DNA of 64,000 nt. It comes from Patescibacteria group bacterium (GTDB lineage: Bacteria > Patescibacteriota > Patescibacteriia > JAHIZJ01). The DNA lies in contig JBAZLK010000003.1 of assembly GCA_041650335.1 (NCBI GenBank), positions 57,765 to 121,764 on the forward strand, in the 5' to 3' direction. The notes beneath the pieces are model-generated. The model had not been told where the DNA came from. It saw only the letters and a program-made list of their open reading frames with translations, and made no database searches. The translations under genes were made by a program, and so were the position numbers. Each line of letters begins with the position of its first letter. The first letter of the stretch is position 1. Of this stretch, positions 35,794-44,949 are shown piece after piece.

Positions 35794-36258
35794 ATGTCAG
35801 ACGAAAAATTTGTCACTCAATTAAAAGACTTAGACACGACAAAACAAAACACTGAGTCTGATGATAGTGTGAATTTATTCACGTCAGATGACGGCGAGGG
35901 CGATGTTTACTTAGAAGAAGATTATTCCGGCCAGCTGGCCGTTGATGTCTACCAAACGCCTAAGGACATTGTCATTAAATCGACCATCGCCGGCGTACAA
36001 CCCGAGGATCTCGACATCACCATTAATAATGACATGGTCACGATCAAGGGCATCCGCCGGAAAGAGGAGGTTGTCGCCGACGAAGACTATATCTACAACG
36101 AATGCCACTGGGGCGGTTTTTCCCGCTCGATTATTTTACCAGTCGATATCAAAGAAGACCGCGTCAAGGCGAACCTGAAAAACGGTATCTTGACCATTGT
36201 CCTCCCGAAAGCCGGAAAATCAAAAGTCCGCGTTGTTGAAGTCCACGAAGAAACATAA
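35794..36258 (+). CDS. Hsp20/alpha-crystallin small heat shock protein
   Basis: GQLAVDVYQT, AGVQPEDLDI, ECHWGGFSRSIILP, ANLKNGILTIVLPK. Confidence 0.95.
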   Translation: MSDEKFVTQLKDLDTTKQNTESDDSVNLFTSDDGEGDVYLEEDYSGQLAVDVYQTPKDIVIKSTIAGVQPEDLDITINNDMVTIKGIRRKEEVVADEDYIYNECHWGGFSRSIILPVDIKEDRVKANLKNGILTIVLPKAGKSKVRVVEVHEET

Positions 36259-36274
36259 TTTTATACGGATCACT

Positions 36275-37501
36275 ATGCAAAGACGCCTTTTCATTCTTGT
36301 CCTCCTTTGCCTGGCTGCGGCCAGTGTTATTACGACCCTGACCGTCCGGGCTGATTCGTTGAGCGGCAACGACGAGACCGGGTTAACAAACAAAGATCTG
36401 CGAACCGCCCGAACCGACGTTCAAAACAGCAAGCAATTTTTCCGCGATGCGAAAATAAATTGGGAAAAAGCGCGCGACGCCTATCAAGAAGACCCCAGCG
36501 CGAGCAACCTGGAATCAGCCAAGAAGTACGCTGTTCAGCTGATCAAACAGGCAATCGACGTTTTCGATAAACACTATTTCCTCCTGGCCGCTCGGCTGAA
36601 GAATTCGACAGGCCTCGCCGAGGCCGAGCGAGCGACCATGCTTACTGATTTGACCACTGAGCAGGTCTGGCTTCAAACTCAGCGCGTGGCAATATCTGAA
36701 ACCAATGATCCAGCCGTCATCACTGATATCGCCAACCGGCTGAATACCTATCGGACAGAGAAAAGCGTTTTCGTAAAAAAGGTGGTTGGCGTTATCGTCA
36801 GCAGCCGGATCCAAACAATTCTGACTCAAATGAACGACGCCACCGCTCGCGTCGATGATGATGTGACGATATTAACCGCTCTGCAAAAAGACACCGGATC
36901 GGTAACAAGCCCGCGCGCGGATTTTGCCTTGAAGCTGGCAGCGGCAAAAGAAAAATACCAGCTTGGCCACGATGGTTTCGCGAGCTTGGCAAATGCCGCG
37001 ACAGTGGAACAAGATTTTGAGTCAGCGCTGGCTAAGCTCCGCGAGTCCGGCGAGAAACTTACCGACGCCAAAACATCGTTGGATCAAATTATCGCCGAAC
37101 TGAAAAAAGTGAAAGCCTCGCGGGTCGGCGGCAATGGCAAGCTGTCCGTGACTGGAGAGGGAAGTTTCGTCATTTCGGCGAGCGAGGGCACGGTGACAAT
37201 TGCCGCTGGGAAAACGCCGACGCTCGAGGTTTTTGATCGCGCCGGCGATTGCACGGTTGAAACACAGGGCGCCGCGACCAAAATACCGGCTGGCCGGAAA
37301 ACGAGTTATTCCGGGTTTACCCAGGCAACCATCACCGGCACGGATTTCTTGCTTCTCTATACCGGCGCGACGACCGAACTGACCGCTGCCGGCACAGGCC
37401 GGGCCTATCTGAAAGGCACCGGCACGTTTCAGGCCGTACCGGACGGCGTGGCGGAAAGCTTCGCGGATGAAGGCGGCGTCATTTTTAACCTTACTCAATA
37501 A
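36275..37501 (+). CDS. secreted coiled-coil protein with a C-terminal beta domain
   Basis: Signal peptide MQRRLFILVLLCLAAA..., helical body, Gly/Thr-rich beta tail. Confidence 0.75.
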   Translation: MQRRLFILVLLCLAAASVITTLTVRADSLSGNDETGLTNKDLRTARTDVQNSKQFFRDAKINWEKARDAYQEDPSASNLESAKKYAVQLIKQAIDVFDKHYFLLAARLKNSTGLAEAERATMLTDLTTEQVWLQTQRVAISETNDPAVITDIANRLNTYRTEKSVFVKKVVGVIVSSRIQTILTQMNDATARVDDDVTILTALQKDTGSVTSPRADFALKLAAAKEKYQLGHDGFASLANAATVEQDFESALAKLRESGEKLTDAKTSLDQIIAELKKVKASRVGGNGKLSVTGEGSFVISASEGTVTIAAGKTPTLEVFDRAGDCTVETQGAATKIPAGRKTSYSGFTQATITGTDFLLLYTGATTELTAAGTGRAYLKGTGTFQAVPDGVAESFADEGGVIFNLTQ

Positions 37502-37513
37502 CCGCAGGACTAT

Positions 37514-37783
37514 ATGAGAAAAAAAACGCGCGTTAGTATTATCCTCATTATCGTCATCGTTATTGTTGCGGCTGGCGCCTGGTACTTTTTCTTCCGGTCG
37601 TCATCAAAGAAGGAGACCTCAAAAAACAATACGAACCAGGTCGAGGATCTCGGATACGATAGCGTGCTTGATACAAGCGATCTGAGTAAGATTGATCCGG
37701 CCAGCGCCGTGGATGCGCTTGATCTGGATGTTCAAGATTACGCCCAGCCGGATGTAAGCCTTGAAATTGAGCTGACAAAATGA
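37514..37783 (+). CDS. small single-TM protein
   Basis: Basic N-terminus, hydrophobic helix, acidic tail; stop overlaps the next start. Confidence 0.7.
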   Translation: MRKKTRVSIILIIVIVIVAAGAWYFFFRSSSKKETSKNNTNQVEDLGYDSVLDTSDLSKIDPASAVDALDLDVQDYAQPDVSLEIELTK

Positions 37784-38019
37784 CTGCCTCAGACGCCCGC
37801 GAAGCGATCGTAACATCCGTCGAAGAGACAACGGTTATTCTCGATTGTGACGGCCAGAAAATTTCCTGGCCGAAAAAACATGCTCCAAAAAACGTGGCGG
37901 TCGGCGATCGACTCATGCTCGCGCTTATGGATGTAGCCGCCTACCAAGCCAAGCGCGAAGAGCTTGCCAAAGCAATTTTAAACGACATCCTTCAGGATAA
38001 CGAAAACAAGGAGGTATGA
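37780..38019 (+). CDS. DUF3006-like small OB-fold protein
   Basis: AIVTSVEETTVIL..ISWPKKHAP..VAVGDRL...AKAILNDIL; translationally coupled on both sides. Confidence 0.6.
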   Translation: MTASDAREAIVTSVEETTVILDCDGQKISWPKKHAPKNVAVGDRLMLALMDVAAYQAKREELAKAILNDILQDNENKEV

Positions 38020-39992
38020 CTGCAGCGCCAGCCAAACAGAAAAAAACGCCTCAACGGCGGTGGTTGTGGGTAACCCTGGCCGTCGTTTTTATAATTATTA
38101 TTGGTCTCGCCGGCCTACTCGCCTATCAAGTCTCAGCCTATCGCGACAGCGTAATCCCGGGCGTTCGGCTGGCTGGACGCGCTCAGGCTGGACTGATGAG
38201 CCGCCTGAGCCAATCAAGTCTTGAGTCGCTCCTCGCCACCTACCAACGAGACATTGACGACCAGGGCTTTATGTTCGAATTTCAGACGCGAAAGGCAAAT
38301 CTCCCTTCGCTCGTCCAGTCGACGGTCGATCCAGATCTTTCCCAGCAGCTTTTTTCGGTAGACATCACCGCGACGAAAGACGCCGTCTGGAGCTATGGCC
38401 ACCACGCCTCATTTGGGCGCAATGCGCAGGATGTTATCCGGGCGTTCTTTATCGGGATTGATGTCCCGGTGCGATACTCGCTTAATCGAGACGGTGTGAA
38501 GAAAGTCCTGCAGGAGAATTTTAAAGAATACGATAATCCAGCGACAAATCCGAAAATAACCGTTCAGTCAAACGGGACGATTTCCGTCACTCCGGAACAA
38601 TCCGGCGAAACGCTCGATTACGATCAAGCCCTGTCTGAATTGTCCGCTCAGATCGAAACGCTCGATAATGAGACAATCACGCTAAAAAAAATATACGACC
38701 AGCCGACGATCACTGTCGATGAAATTTCGTCGGCCCGAACCGACCTTACCGCCCTGATAAAAACGCTGCCCTGGACGCTCAGCTACGAAGACAAGCGTTG
38801 GGCGATTACCGTGGCCGAGGTAACGCATTGGTTCCGCTTCAGCCGTCGCGACGATGGCTCAGTCACCTTCGATTTCGATCCTGCGGGCGTGGCCCAATTC
38901 CTTGATGCGACTCCCGGACCAATTCTCAACGTCGAGGCGAAAGAAGGGAAGTTCAAAATCGACAACGGCCGCGTGACGGAATTCCAAGTTAGCACGCCCG
39001 GCCAACACATTGACCTAGACAAGACGGTTGCCAATCTCAATGAGGCGATGATCATAAACGGCGCCACGGAGAGCCCGATTGCCATTCAGACCACGGAACC
39101 GCAATCAAAAGAAACGGATGTTAATGAGCTCGGCATTACGGAATTGGTGGCCGAAGGACGAACCGATTTCAGAGGCAGCCCGGCGAACCGGGTGCATAAT
39201 ATCACCGTCGGCGCCGAGACGCTCAACGGTCTCGTCATTAAGCCGGGCGAGGAATTTTCATTAATCAAAGCGCTCGGAAAAATCGACGCCTCAACCGGCT
39301 ACAAGAGCGAGCTGGTCATCAAGGGAAATAAAACAGTGCCGGAATACGGCGGCGGTCTCTGCCAAATTGGCACGACCTTTTTCCGGCTCGTTTTAAATAC
39401 CGGCCTGCCGGTTCTCGAACGGCAAAACCATTCCTACCGCGTCTCGTATTACGAACCGCCGGTTGGAAAAGACGCCACCATTTACGATCCCAAGCCGGAT
39501 TTTCGCTTCACCAACGACTATGATCATCACTTGCTTTTACAGACCCGGATTGAGGGCACGCAATTGATTTTTGAGTTCTATGGCACCAAGGACGCGCGGA
39601 CAATCGAACAGACCGATCCAAAAGTTTATAATTACGTCAGCCCTGGTCCGACGAAGATGGTTGAAACTGAAGATCTGGCCCCGGGCGAGAAAAAATGCAC
39701 CGAAAAAGCCCACACCGGCGCTGACGCGGAATTCACCTATACCGTCACGTATCCGAATGGGGAGGTTAAACCAACTGTCTTTAAATCACACTATAAAGCG
39801 TGGCCAGCCGTTTGTCTGGTTGGAAAACAGCCTAGCGCGCCTGAAACACCGCCGGTCGAACCGCCTGTCACCAATACGAACACAAACACCAACCTAAATG
39901 CCAACGTGAACACGAATTCTAACGCCAATACAAATACAACAACCAACACGAACACGAATAGCAACGCTAACGTTAACGCAGAAACCCCGTAA
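38016..39992 (+). CDS. VanW family protein with peptidoglycan-binding (PG_binding_4) repeats
   Basis: NRVHNI, LNGLVIKPGEEFS, YGGGLCQIGTT, ERQNHSYRVSYY, DATIYDP; Asn/Thr-rich C-terminal tail. Confidence 0.92.
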   Translation: MTAAPAKQKKTPQRRWLWVTLAVVFIIIIGLAGLLAYQVSAYRDSVIPGVRLAGRAQAGLMSRLSQSSLESLLATYQRDIDDQGFMFEFQTRKANLPSLVQSTVDPDLSQQLFSVDITATKDAVWSYGHHASFGRNAQDVIRAFFIGIDVPVRYSLNRDGVKKVLQENFKEYDNPATNPKITVQSNGTISVTPEQSGETLDYDQALSELSAQIETLDNETITLKKIYDQPTITVDEISSARTDLTALIKTLPWTLSYEDKRWAITVAEVTHWFRFSRRDDGSVTFDFDPAGVAQFLDATPGPILNVEAKEGKFKIDNGRVTEFQVSTPGQHIDLDKTVANLNEAMIINGATESPIAIQTTEPQSKETDVNELGITELVAEGRTDFRGSPANRVHNITVGAETLNGLVIKPGEEFSLIKALGKIDASTGYKSELVIKGNKTVPEYGGGLCQIGTTFFRLVLNTGLPVLERQNHSYRVSYYEPPVGKDATIYDPKPDFRFTNDYDHHLLLQTRIEGTQLIFEFYGTKDARTIEQTDPKVYNYVSPGPTKMVETEDLAPGEKKCTEKAHTGADAEFTYTVTYPNGEVKPTVFKSHYKAWPAVCLVGKQPSAPETPPVEPPVTNTNTNTNLNANVNTNSNANTNTTTNTNTNSNANVNAETP

Positions 39993-40065
39993 TACGACGC
40001 CGTCACAAGATTTATCCCCAGGGGGGACTCTTGACGGTGTTTTTTAGTTACGATAGAATGCTTTT

Positions 40066-40369
40066 CATGTGCCCACATTCGGGCGAGAGTGGCGCAGCGG
40101 GGATCTCGCCCACCGTTCTGAGGGTTTCGGCTCTCCGCGGTGGATCGAGATCCCCCTCCCACTTACATTGCACCTTCTTCTCGCAAGGTATAGATAATGG
40201 GGTGAGGCCTCCCCTACACGTTTCTACGTGTACCGGTGGCCGAACGCATGCAACACTGACACCAGGAAGGTCATCCGAACCATGGAAGGTTCTCACCCCA
40301 GCTACCCCCGCCGCGCGCCATCACGTTTCCCCTTGTTGTACCCCGACACGTGATGGTCGCGCGGTTTTT
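40066..40369 (+). ncRNA. candidate structured non-coding RNA (~300 nt)
   Basis: TTGACG-N17-TAGAAT promoter (40031-40059), several long GC-rich helices, long terminator hairpin 40311-40364 plus T-run; no SD-led ORF ends inside. Confidence 0.55.
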
Positions 40370-40443
40370 CATTTACTTGACAATACGCAAAAAGAAATGA
40401 TACGATTCGCCCGTCCACGGCAACCAAAACACGGAGGTGCGTC

Positions 40444-40611
40444 GTGACCAGACGGAACAACCGTCCCCCAAGATGCAGCGCCGGGCATCCACCAACAACG
40501 ATGGAAGCCGAGGCCTCATCGAAACACAAGACGGTTTACCGCTGCCCCGGATGCGGACAAACCACAACGGTCCACACCGAAAAGGGCAGGGTCGTCCAAC
40601 CCGCCTACTGA
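40444..40611 (+). CDS. 55-aa zinc-ribbon-like protein, absent from the ORF track
   Basis: TTGACA promoter at 40377, GGAGGT SD, GTG start, MTRRNNRPPRCSAGHPPTTM...YRCPGCGQTTTVH...; terminator at 40640-40669. Confidence 0.7.
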   Translation: MTRRNNRPPRCSAGHPPTTMEAEASSKHKTVYRCPGCGQTTTVHTEKGRVVQPAY

Positions 40612-40974
40612 TCATTCTCCCAGTCCGAAAGATTGTGCCCCGTCTCGCCCATGCGCCGAGACGGTTTTTGTATATTTTTCCACCTTTACTTTTTTTGCCA
40701 ACACCCTACAATACAAAACAGCTGATCGAGTACCTGCAGTCAAGAGAATTTTCCTGAGGAGATAGAAAAGGTGAAACACCTGTTCTAGCCTCAGAAAAAC
40801 CCCCATGCTTTTCGTGACTGCAGATACCTGACCAGCTGAATAAATTCAATATCGAGACTAATCTTCAATTCTCGATTTTTTCGAGAACGCGCTATCTTAT
40901 CACACCTAAAAAATCTTGTCAAGACCCCTCAAAAGGTGGTACACTGAGGTGACTTATCTTCTCTAATAAAGCAT

Positions 40975-41955
40975 ATGACGATCAAAAACATCTATGACCT
41001 GGCAGTTCGTCTCGGCATTGCCAATGATCTCCGCGGCCAAAAAGCGGTCGTAAAAAAGCTCAATAAAGAACGGGCAAAATATGAAGCGCTCCGCGGCGAT
41101 GACCGGAAGGAATTTGACATCGAACGATTGACCAATCCTTTTTCTGATACGCGCATTTACTACGGCAATCCAGAGCTACCGGTCCGACGCGTCCTGGCCG
41201 GGATCGATATCGAAGCGGCCGAAATACTCATGGCCAAAGAGCTGAGCCGGCAGAAACCCATTGACTTGATTATTTCGCACCATCCGATCGGCGTCGGTTT
41301 GGCCGGTCTGGACGAGGTGATGCAGATGCAAGCGGAAATTTACGCTCTCTACGGCGTTCCGATCAATATCGGTGAATCATTGCAGCGCAAGCGAATCAGC
41401 GAAGTGGCGCGTTCGATCTCGGCCGAGAATCACAACAAGACCGTCGACGCCGCCCGGCTGATGAATATGCCGTTAATGTCAATGCATACGGCGACGGATA
41501 ATCTGGTCGCAAAATTCCTTGATACGCTCATCAGACGACAACGCCAAACATTGGACACCGTTGACGATGTCATGAAGCTCTTAAAAACGATACCGGAATA
41601 CGCCGCGGCCATGCGCCTAAAAGCCGGCCCGAAACTCTTCGCCGGACACCTGGATCACTCCCTTGGGAAAATTGCCCTCTCGGAAGTGACGGGCGGTACC
41701 TCGGGCGCGAAAGAAATTTTCGCGGAACTCTCACGCGCCGGCGTGGGAACAATTGTCGGCATGCACATGTCCGAAGAACACAAAAACGAAGCGGAGAAAA
41801 ACCATCTCAACGTCATCATCGCCGGACATATTTCATCCGATTCGATTGGCTTGAATCTGTACCTCGATGAACTTGAGAAAAAAGGTATCGAGATCATTCC
41901 CTGCGGCGGTTTGATCCGCGTCAGCCGTCTTAAAAAAGTTCAGTCTAAAAAATAG
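40975..41955 (+). CDS. NIF3 (NGG1p-interacting factor 3)-like protein
   Basis: NPFSDTRI, VLAGID, IISHHP, HTATDN, GTIVGMHMSE, IAGHISSDSIG. Confidence 0.88.
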   Translation: MTIKNIYDLAVRLGIANDLRGQKAVVKKLNKERAKYEALRGDDRKEFDIERLTNPFSDTRIYYGNPELPVRRVLAGIDIEAAEILMAKELSRQKPIDLIISHHPIGVGLAGLDEVMQMQAEIYALYGVPINIGESLQRKRISEVARSISAENHNKTVDAARLMNMPLMSMHTATDNLVAKFLDTLIRRQRQTLDTVDDVMKLLKTIPEYAAAMRLKAGPKLFAGHLDHSLGKIALSEVTGGTSGAKEIFAELSRAGVGTIVGMHMSEEHKNEAEKNHLNVIIAGHISSDSIGLNLYLDELEKKGIEIIPCGGLIRVSRLKKVQSKK

Positions 41956-41958
41956 CCC

Positions 41959-42981
41959 ATGCCCAAGGAACGCGTCATTACCGGTGAGGAAAAGCCGGAA
42001 GATGAACGGCTCGACTACACGTTGCGGCCGAAAACTCTGAAAGAATACGTCGGCCAGGACACAATCAAGGCGAACTTGAAGATTTTCATGTCCGCGGCAA
42101 AAAAGCGGAATGAGGCGATTGAGCACGTCCTCCTCCACGGCTCGCCCGGTCTCGGCAAGACAACGTTAGCGCACATCATCGCCCGGGAAATGGGCGTCAA
42201 TATCCGCGTCACTTCCGGTCCGGCCATCGAACGAGCCGGCGACCTCGGTTCGATCCTGACGAATTTAGAAGACCATGATATTATTTTCATTGACGAAATA
42301 CACCGCTTGAACCGAGTAGTCGAAGAAACGCTCTATCCGGCGATGGAGGAGTATGGCATCGACATCGTCCTTGGCAAGGGTTTGGGCGCCCGCACTATGC
42401 GCCTGGATCTGCCGAAATTCACGCTCATCGGCGCCACCACGCAAATCAGCAAACTATCCTCGCCGCTCCGCGACCGGTTCGGCAACACCTTCCGGCTTGA
42501 TTACTATGCCGACAAGGACATTGAGCAGATTCTTCAGCGGTCGGCGAAAATCCTCCGCATCCCGATTGAAGCCGAGGCGGTGAAAGAAATCGCCCGCCGC
42601 AGCCGGAAAACGCCGCGCATCGCCAACCGGCTGTTGAAACGGGTGCGTGATTATGCCGAGATGGAAAACGACGGCCAGGTAACCATCGCCTCAACTCAAA
42701 CCGCGCTCGAAATGCTGGAAATCGACAAATTCGGGCTCGATAAGACTGACCGTCTTATTCTACAAACAATCATCGATAAATACAGCGGCGGGCCGGTTGG
42801 CTTGAACACTATCGCCGCCTCGACCTCAGAAGAGATGGACACAATCATGGAGGTCTATGAACCGTTCCTGCTCCAGCTCGGCTTCCTCGCCCGCACCACG
42901 CGCGGCCGGGTCGTGACCAAACTCGCTTACGACCACCTTAACCGAAAACCGCCGGCCAACCTCCAGGATAAATTAATCTAG
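41959..42981 (+). CDS. ruvB: Holliday junction branch migration helicase RuvB
   Basis: [59 protein letters not shown]. Confidence 0.99.
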   Translation: MPKERVITGEEKPEDERLDYTLRPKTLKEYVGQDTIKANLKIFMSAAKKRNEAIEHVLLHGSPGLGKTTLAHIIAREMGVNIRVTSGPAIERAGDLGSILTNLEDHDIIFIDEIHRLNRVVEETLYPAMEEYGIDIVLGKGLGARTMRLDLPKFTLIGATTQISKLSSPLRDRFGNTFRLDYYADKDIEQILQRSAKILRIPIEAEAVKEIARRSRKTPRIANRLLKRVRDYAEMENDGQVTIASTQTALEMLEIDKFGLDKTDRLILQTIIDKYSGGPVGLNTIAASTSEEMDTIMEVYEPFLLQLGFLARTTRGRVVTKLAYDHLNRKPPANLQDKLI

Positions 42982-42982
42982 T

Positions 42983-43537
42983 ATGCCCCGCCTGCTTCTC
43001 CATGCCTGCTGCGCGCCGTGCGTGGTTTATCCGATCGAGCGACTTGAACCCGAATTTGAACTCGGCGTGTTTTTTTATAATCCAAACATCCAGCCGGCCG
43101 AGGAATATGACAAGCGGCTGGCCGAATTGATCCGCTTTTGCCAAAAACAGAATATGGTTCTTATTGAACGACCGTACGATACTGTCGAGTGGTTTGATAA
43201 AATAAAAGGTCTCGAGAACGAGCCCGAGCGCGGCCGGCGGTGTGATGTCTGTTACGAAATGCGCTTAAGAAAAACGGCTGAGTATGCGAAGAAGAATGGC
43301 TTTGCCTGGTTTGGCACCGGACTGACTAGCAGCCCGTATAAAAAAGCGGATAAAATAAACGAGCTCGGCAAACTGTTAGAAAAAGAATTGGGCGTAAAAT
43401 ATTACGCCGCCGATTTCAAGAAAAAGGGCGGGGCGCTCCGGGCCGTGGAGCTTTCAAAGAAATACGGTTTTTACCGCCAAAATTATTGCGGGTGCATTTT
43501 TTCGAAACGGGAGCGTGATAGGAAAATAAAATCGTGA
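42983..43537 (+). CDS. queH: epoxyqueuosine reductase QueH (DUF208)
   Basis: LLLHACCAPC, FYNPNIQP, EPERGRRCDVC, YRQNYCGCIFS. Confidence 0.93.
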   Translation: MPRLLLHACCAPCVVYPIERLEPEFELGVFFYNPNIQPAEEYDKRLAELIRFCQKQNMVLIERPYDTVEWFDKIKGLENEPERGRRCDVCYEMRLRKTAEYAKKNGFAWFGTGLTSSPYKKADKINELGKLLEKELGVKYYAADFKKKGGALRAVELSKKYGFYRQNYCGCIFSKRERDRKIKS

Positions 43538-43541
43538 TGAT

Positions 43542-44561
43542 ATGAAGCTTTCGTTGTTTGACTATCGCCTTCCGAAATCATGCATCGCTCAAAAACCCGT
43601 CCGGCCGCGCGATCACTCGCGGCTTCTGGTGTTGAACCGGAAAACGAAAACAATCGAACACCGGCATTTTTATGATCTGGCTGAATACCTAAAACCCGGT
43701 GACGTGCTCGTGCTGAACAATTCAAAGGTATTTCCGGCTCGTTTGATCGGCCGGAAACCGACCGGTGGCAAAATTGAAGTTTTTTTATTGCACCAAGAAA
43801 ATCCGAACACCTGGTCTTGTTTGCTTGGCGGCAAAGGGCGACGGGTTGGATTAACCATCACTGTAGGCGGACAAGCGCTTGTCCGCCTACGAGGCATAAT
43901 AACAAAAGCCCTGCCTGACAACACCTGGCGCATTCGCTTCAACCAAGCCGGCCAAAAACTCATAGCCGCCATCAATGATCTTGGTCAAGCGCCCACCCCG
44001 CCGTATATCAAACGCGCCTCGAATCTGAAAGAATACCAGACGGTCTACGCCGACAAGCCCGGCTCAGTGGCCGCGCCAACCGCCGGGTTTCACTTTACAA
44101 AACCATTACTAAACAAACTGCGGAAACGAGGCGTCCACGCCGAGTTTATAACCTTGCACGTCGGCCTGGGCACATTCCAGCCGGTAAAATTTAACGACAT
44201 AGAAAAACACCGGATGCACCCGGAATTTGTCGAGGTTGACAAAGCCGTCCATCAGCGGCTAGTGAAAGCAAAAAAAGAAGGCCGGCGCATTATCGCGGTC
44301 GGCACCACGACGGTCCGGACACTCGAAACCTTGCCGAAAAAACCCGCCACCTCACGACGCTGGATAAATACGTTCATCTACCCAGGTTACAAATTCAAGA
44401 TGGTCGACGGCTTGGTGACGAATTTTCATTTGCCAAAATCGACCCTTCTTATGCTTGTTTCGGCCTTTGCCGGACGGACGCTCATACTCAAGGCGTATAC
44501 ACGGGCCATACAAAAGGGATATCGGTTCTATTCCTTCGGCGACGCCATGCTGATATTATAA
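43542..44561 (+). CDS. queA: S-adenosylmethionine:tRNA ribosyltransferase-isomerase
   Basis: FDYRLP..IAQKP, PPYIKR, YQTVYA..GSVAAPTAGFHF, LHVGLGTF, TNFHLPKSTL, YRFYSFGDAM. Confidence 0.98.
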   Translation: MKLSLFDYRLPKSCIAQKPVRPRDHSRLLVLNRKTKTIEHRHFYDLAEYLKPGDVLVLNNSKVFPARLIGRKPTGGKIEVFLLHQENPNTWSCLLGGKGRRVGLTITVGGQALVRLRGIITKALPDNTWRIRFNQAGQKLIAAINDLGQAPTPPYIKRASNLKEYQTVYADKPGSVAAPTAGFHFTKPLLNKLRKRGVHAEFITLHVGLGTFQPVKFNDIEKHRMHPEFVEVDKAVHQRLVKAKKEGRRIIAVGTTTVRTLETLPKKPATSRRWINTFIYPGYKFKMVDGLVTNFHLPKSTLLMLVSAFAGRTLILKAYTRAIQKGYRFYSFGDAMLIL

Positions 44562-44597
44562 CGCTGACAAATTCGCAAAACAGGCACGGAGCGTAAT

Positions 44598-44628
44598 AAA
44601 AAGACGCGGTAAGATTGCGTCTTTTTTT
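44598..44628. terminator. bidirectional intrinsic terminator
   Basis: AAAAAGACGCG...TGCGTCTTTTT between convergent genes. Confidence 0.75.
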
Positions 44629-44641
44629 GCTGGATTGGATG

Positions 44642-44944
44642 TTACGCCGTAGTCGCCACGATTTCGGCGAAGTGTTCCAGGGCTTTTTTTTGGGAATCCT
44701 CCAGATCCTTGAACGGCTGGCGCAAGATGCAGTAGCTGATCGCCTCCAGATAGACCAGCGGGTTGTGGCTGTTGAGCTGCTTATCTTTAAGGTATTGGCG
44801 GGCGCAGCTCAAGAGATCGGTCATTTCAGCCGAATCTTCGGCCGGCAGCTTCACCTCGTCGCTAAAAAATCCTTGCTGGATAAGAAACGTCTGTAATTCC
44901 ACGGCCGACGGATGATAATCAATGTGTTGGTCCGTTGAATCCAT
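44642..44944 (-). CDS. hypothetical protein (100 aa)
   Basis: Starts 5 nt after the SpoIID stop on the same strand and ends at the terminator. Confidence 0.65.
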   Translation of the reverse strand: MDSTDQHIDYHPSAVELQTFLIQQGFFSDEVKLPAEDSAEMTDLLSCARQYLKDKQLNSHNPLVYLEAISYCILRQPFKDLEDSQKKALEHFAEIVATTA

Positions 44945-44949
44945 ACATT

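Noticed and set aside
40031-40447. 138-aa ORF across the candidate ncRNA
   Set aside because: It starts inside the -35 box, has no SD, and runs through a strong terminator and the next promoter; a leaderless start at 40067 cannot be fully excluded.
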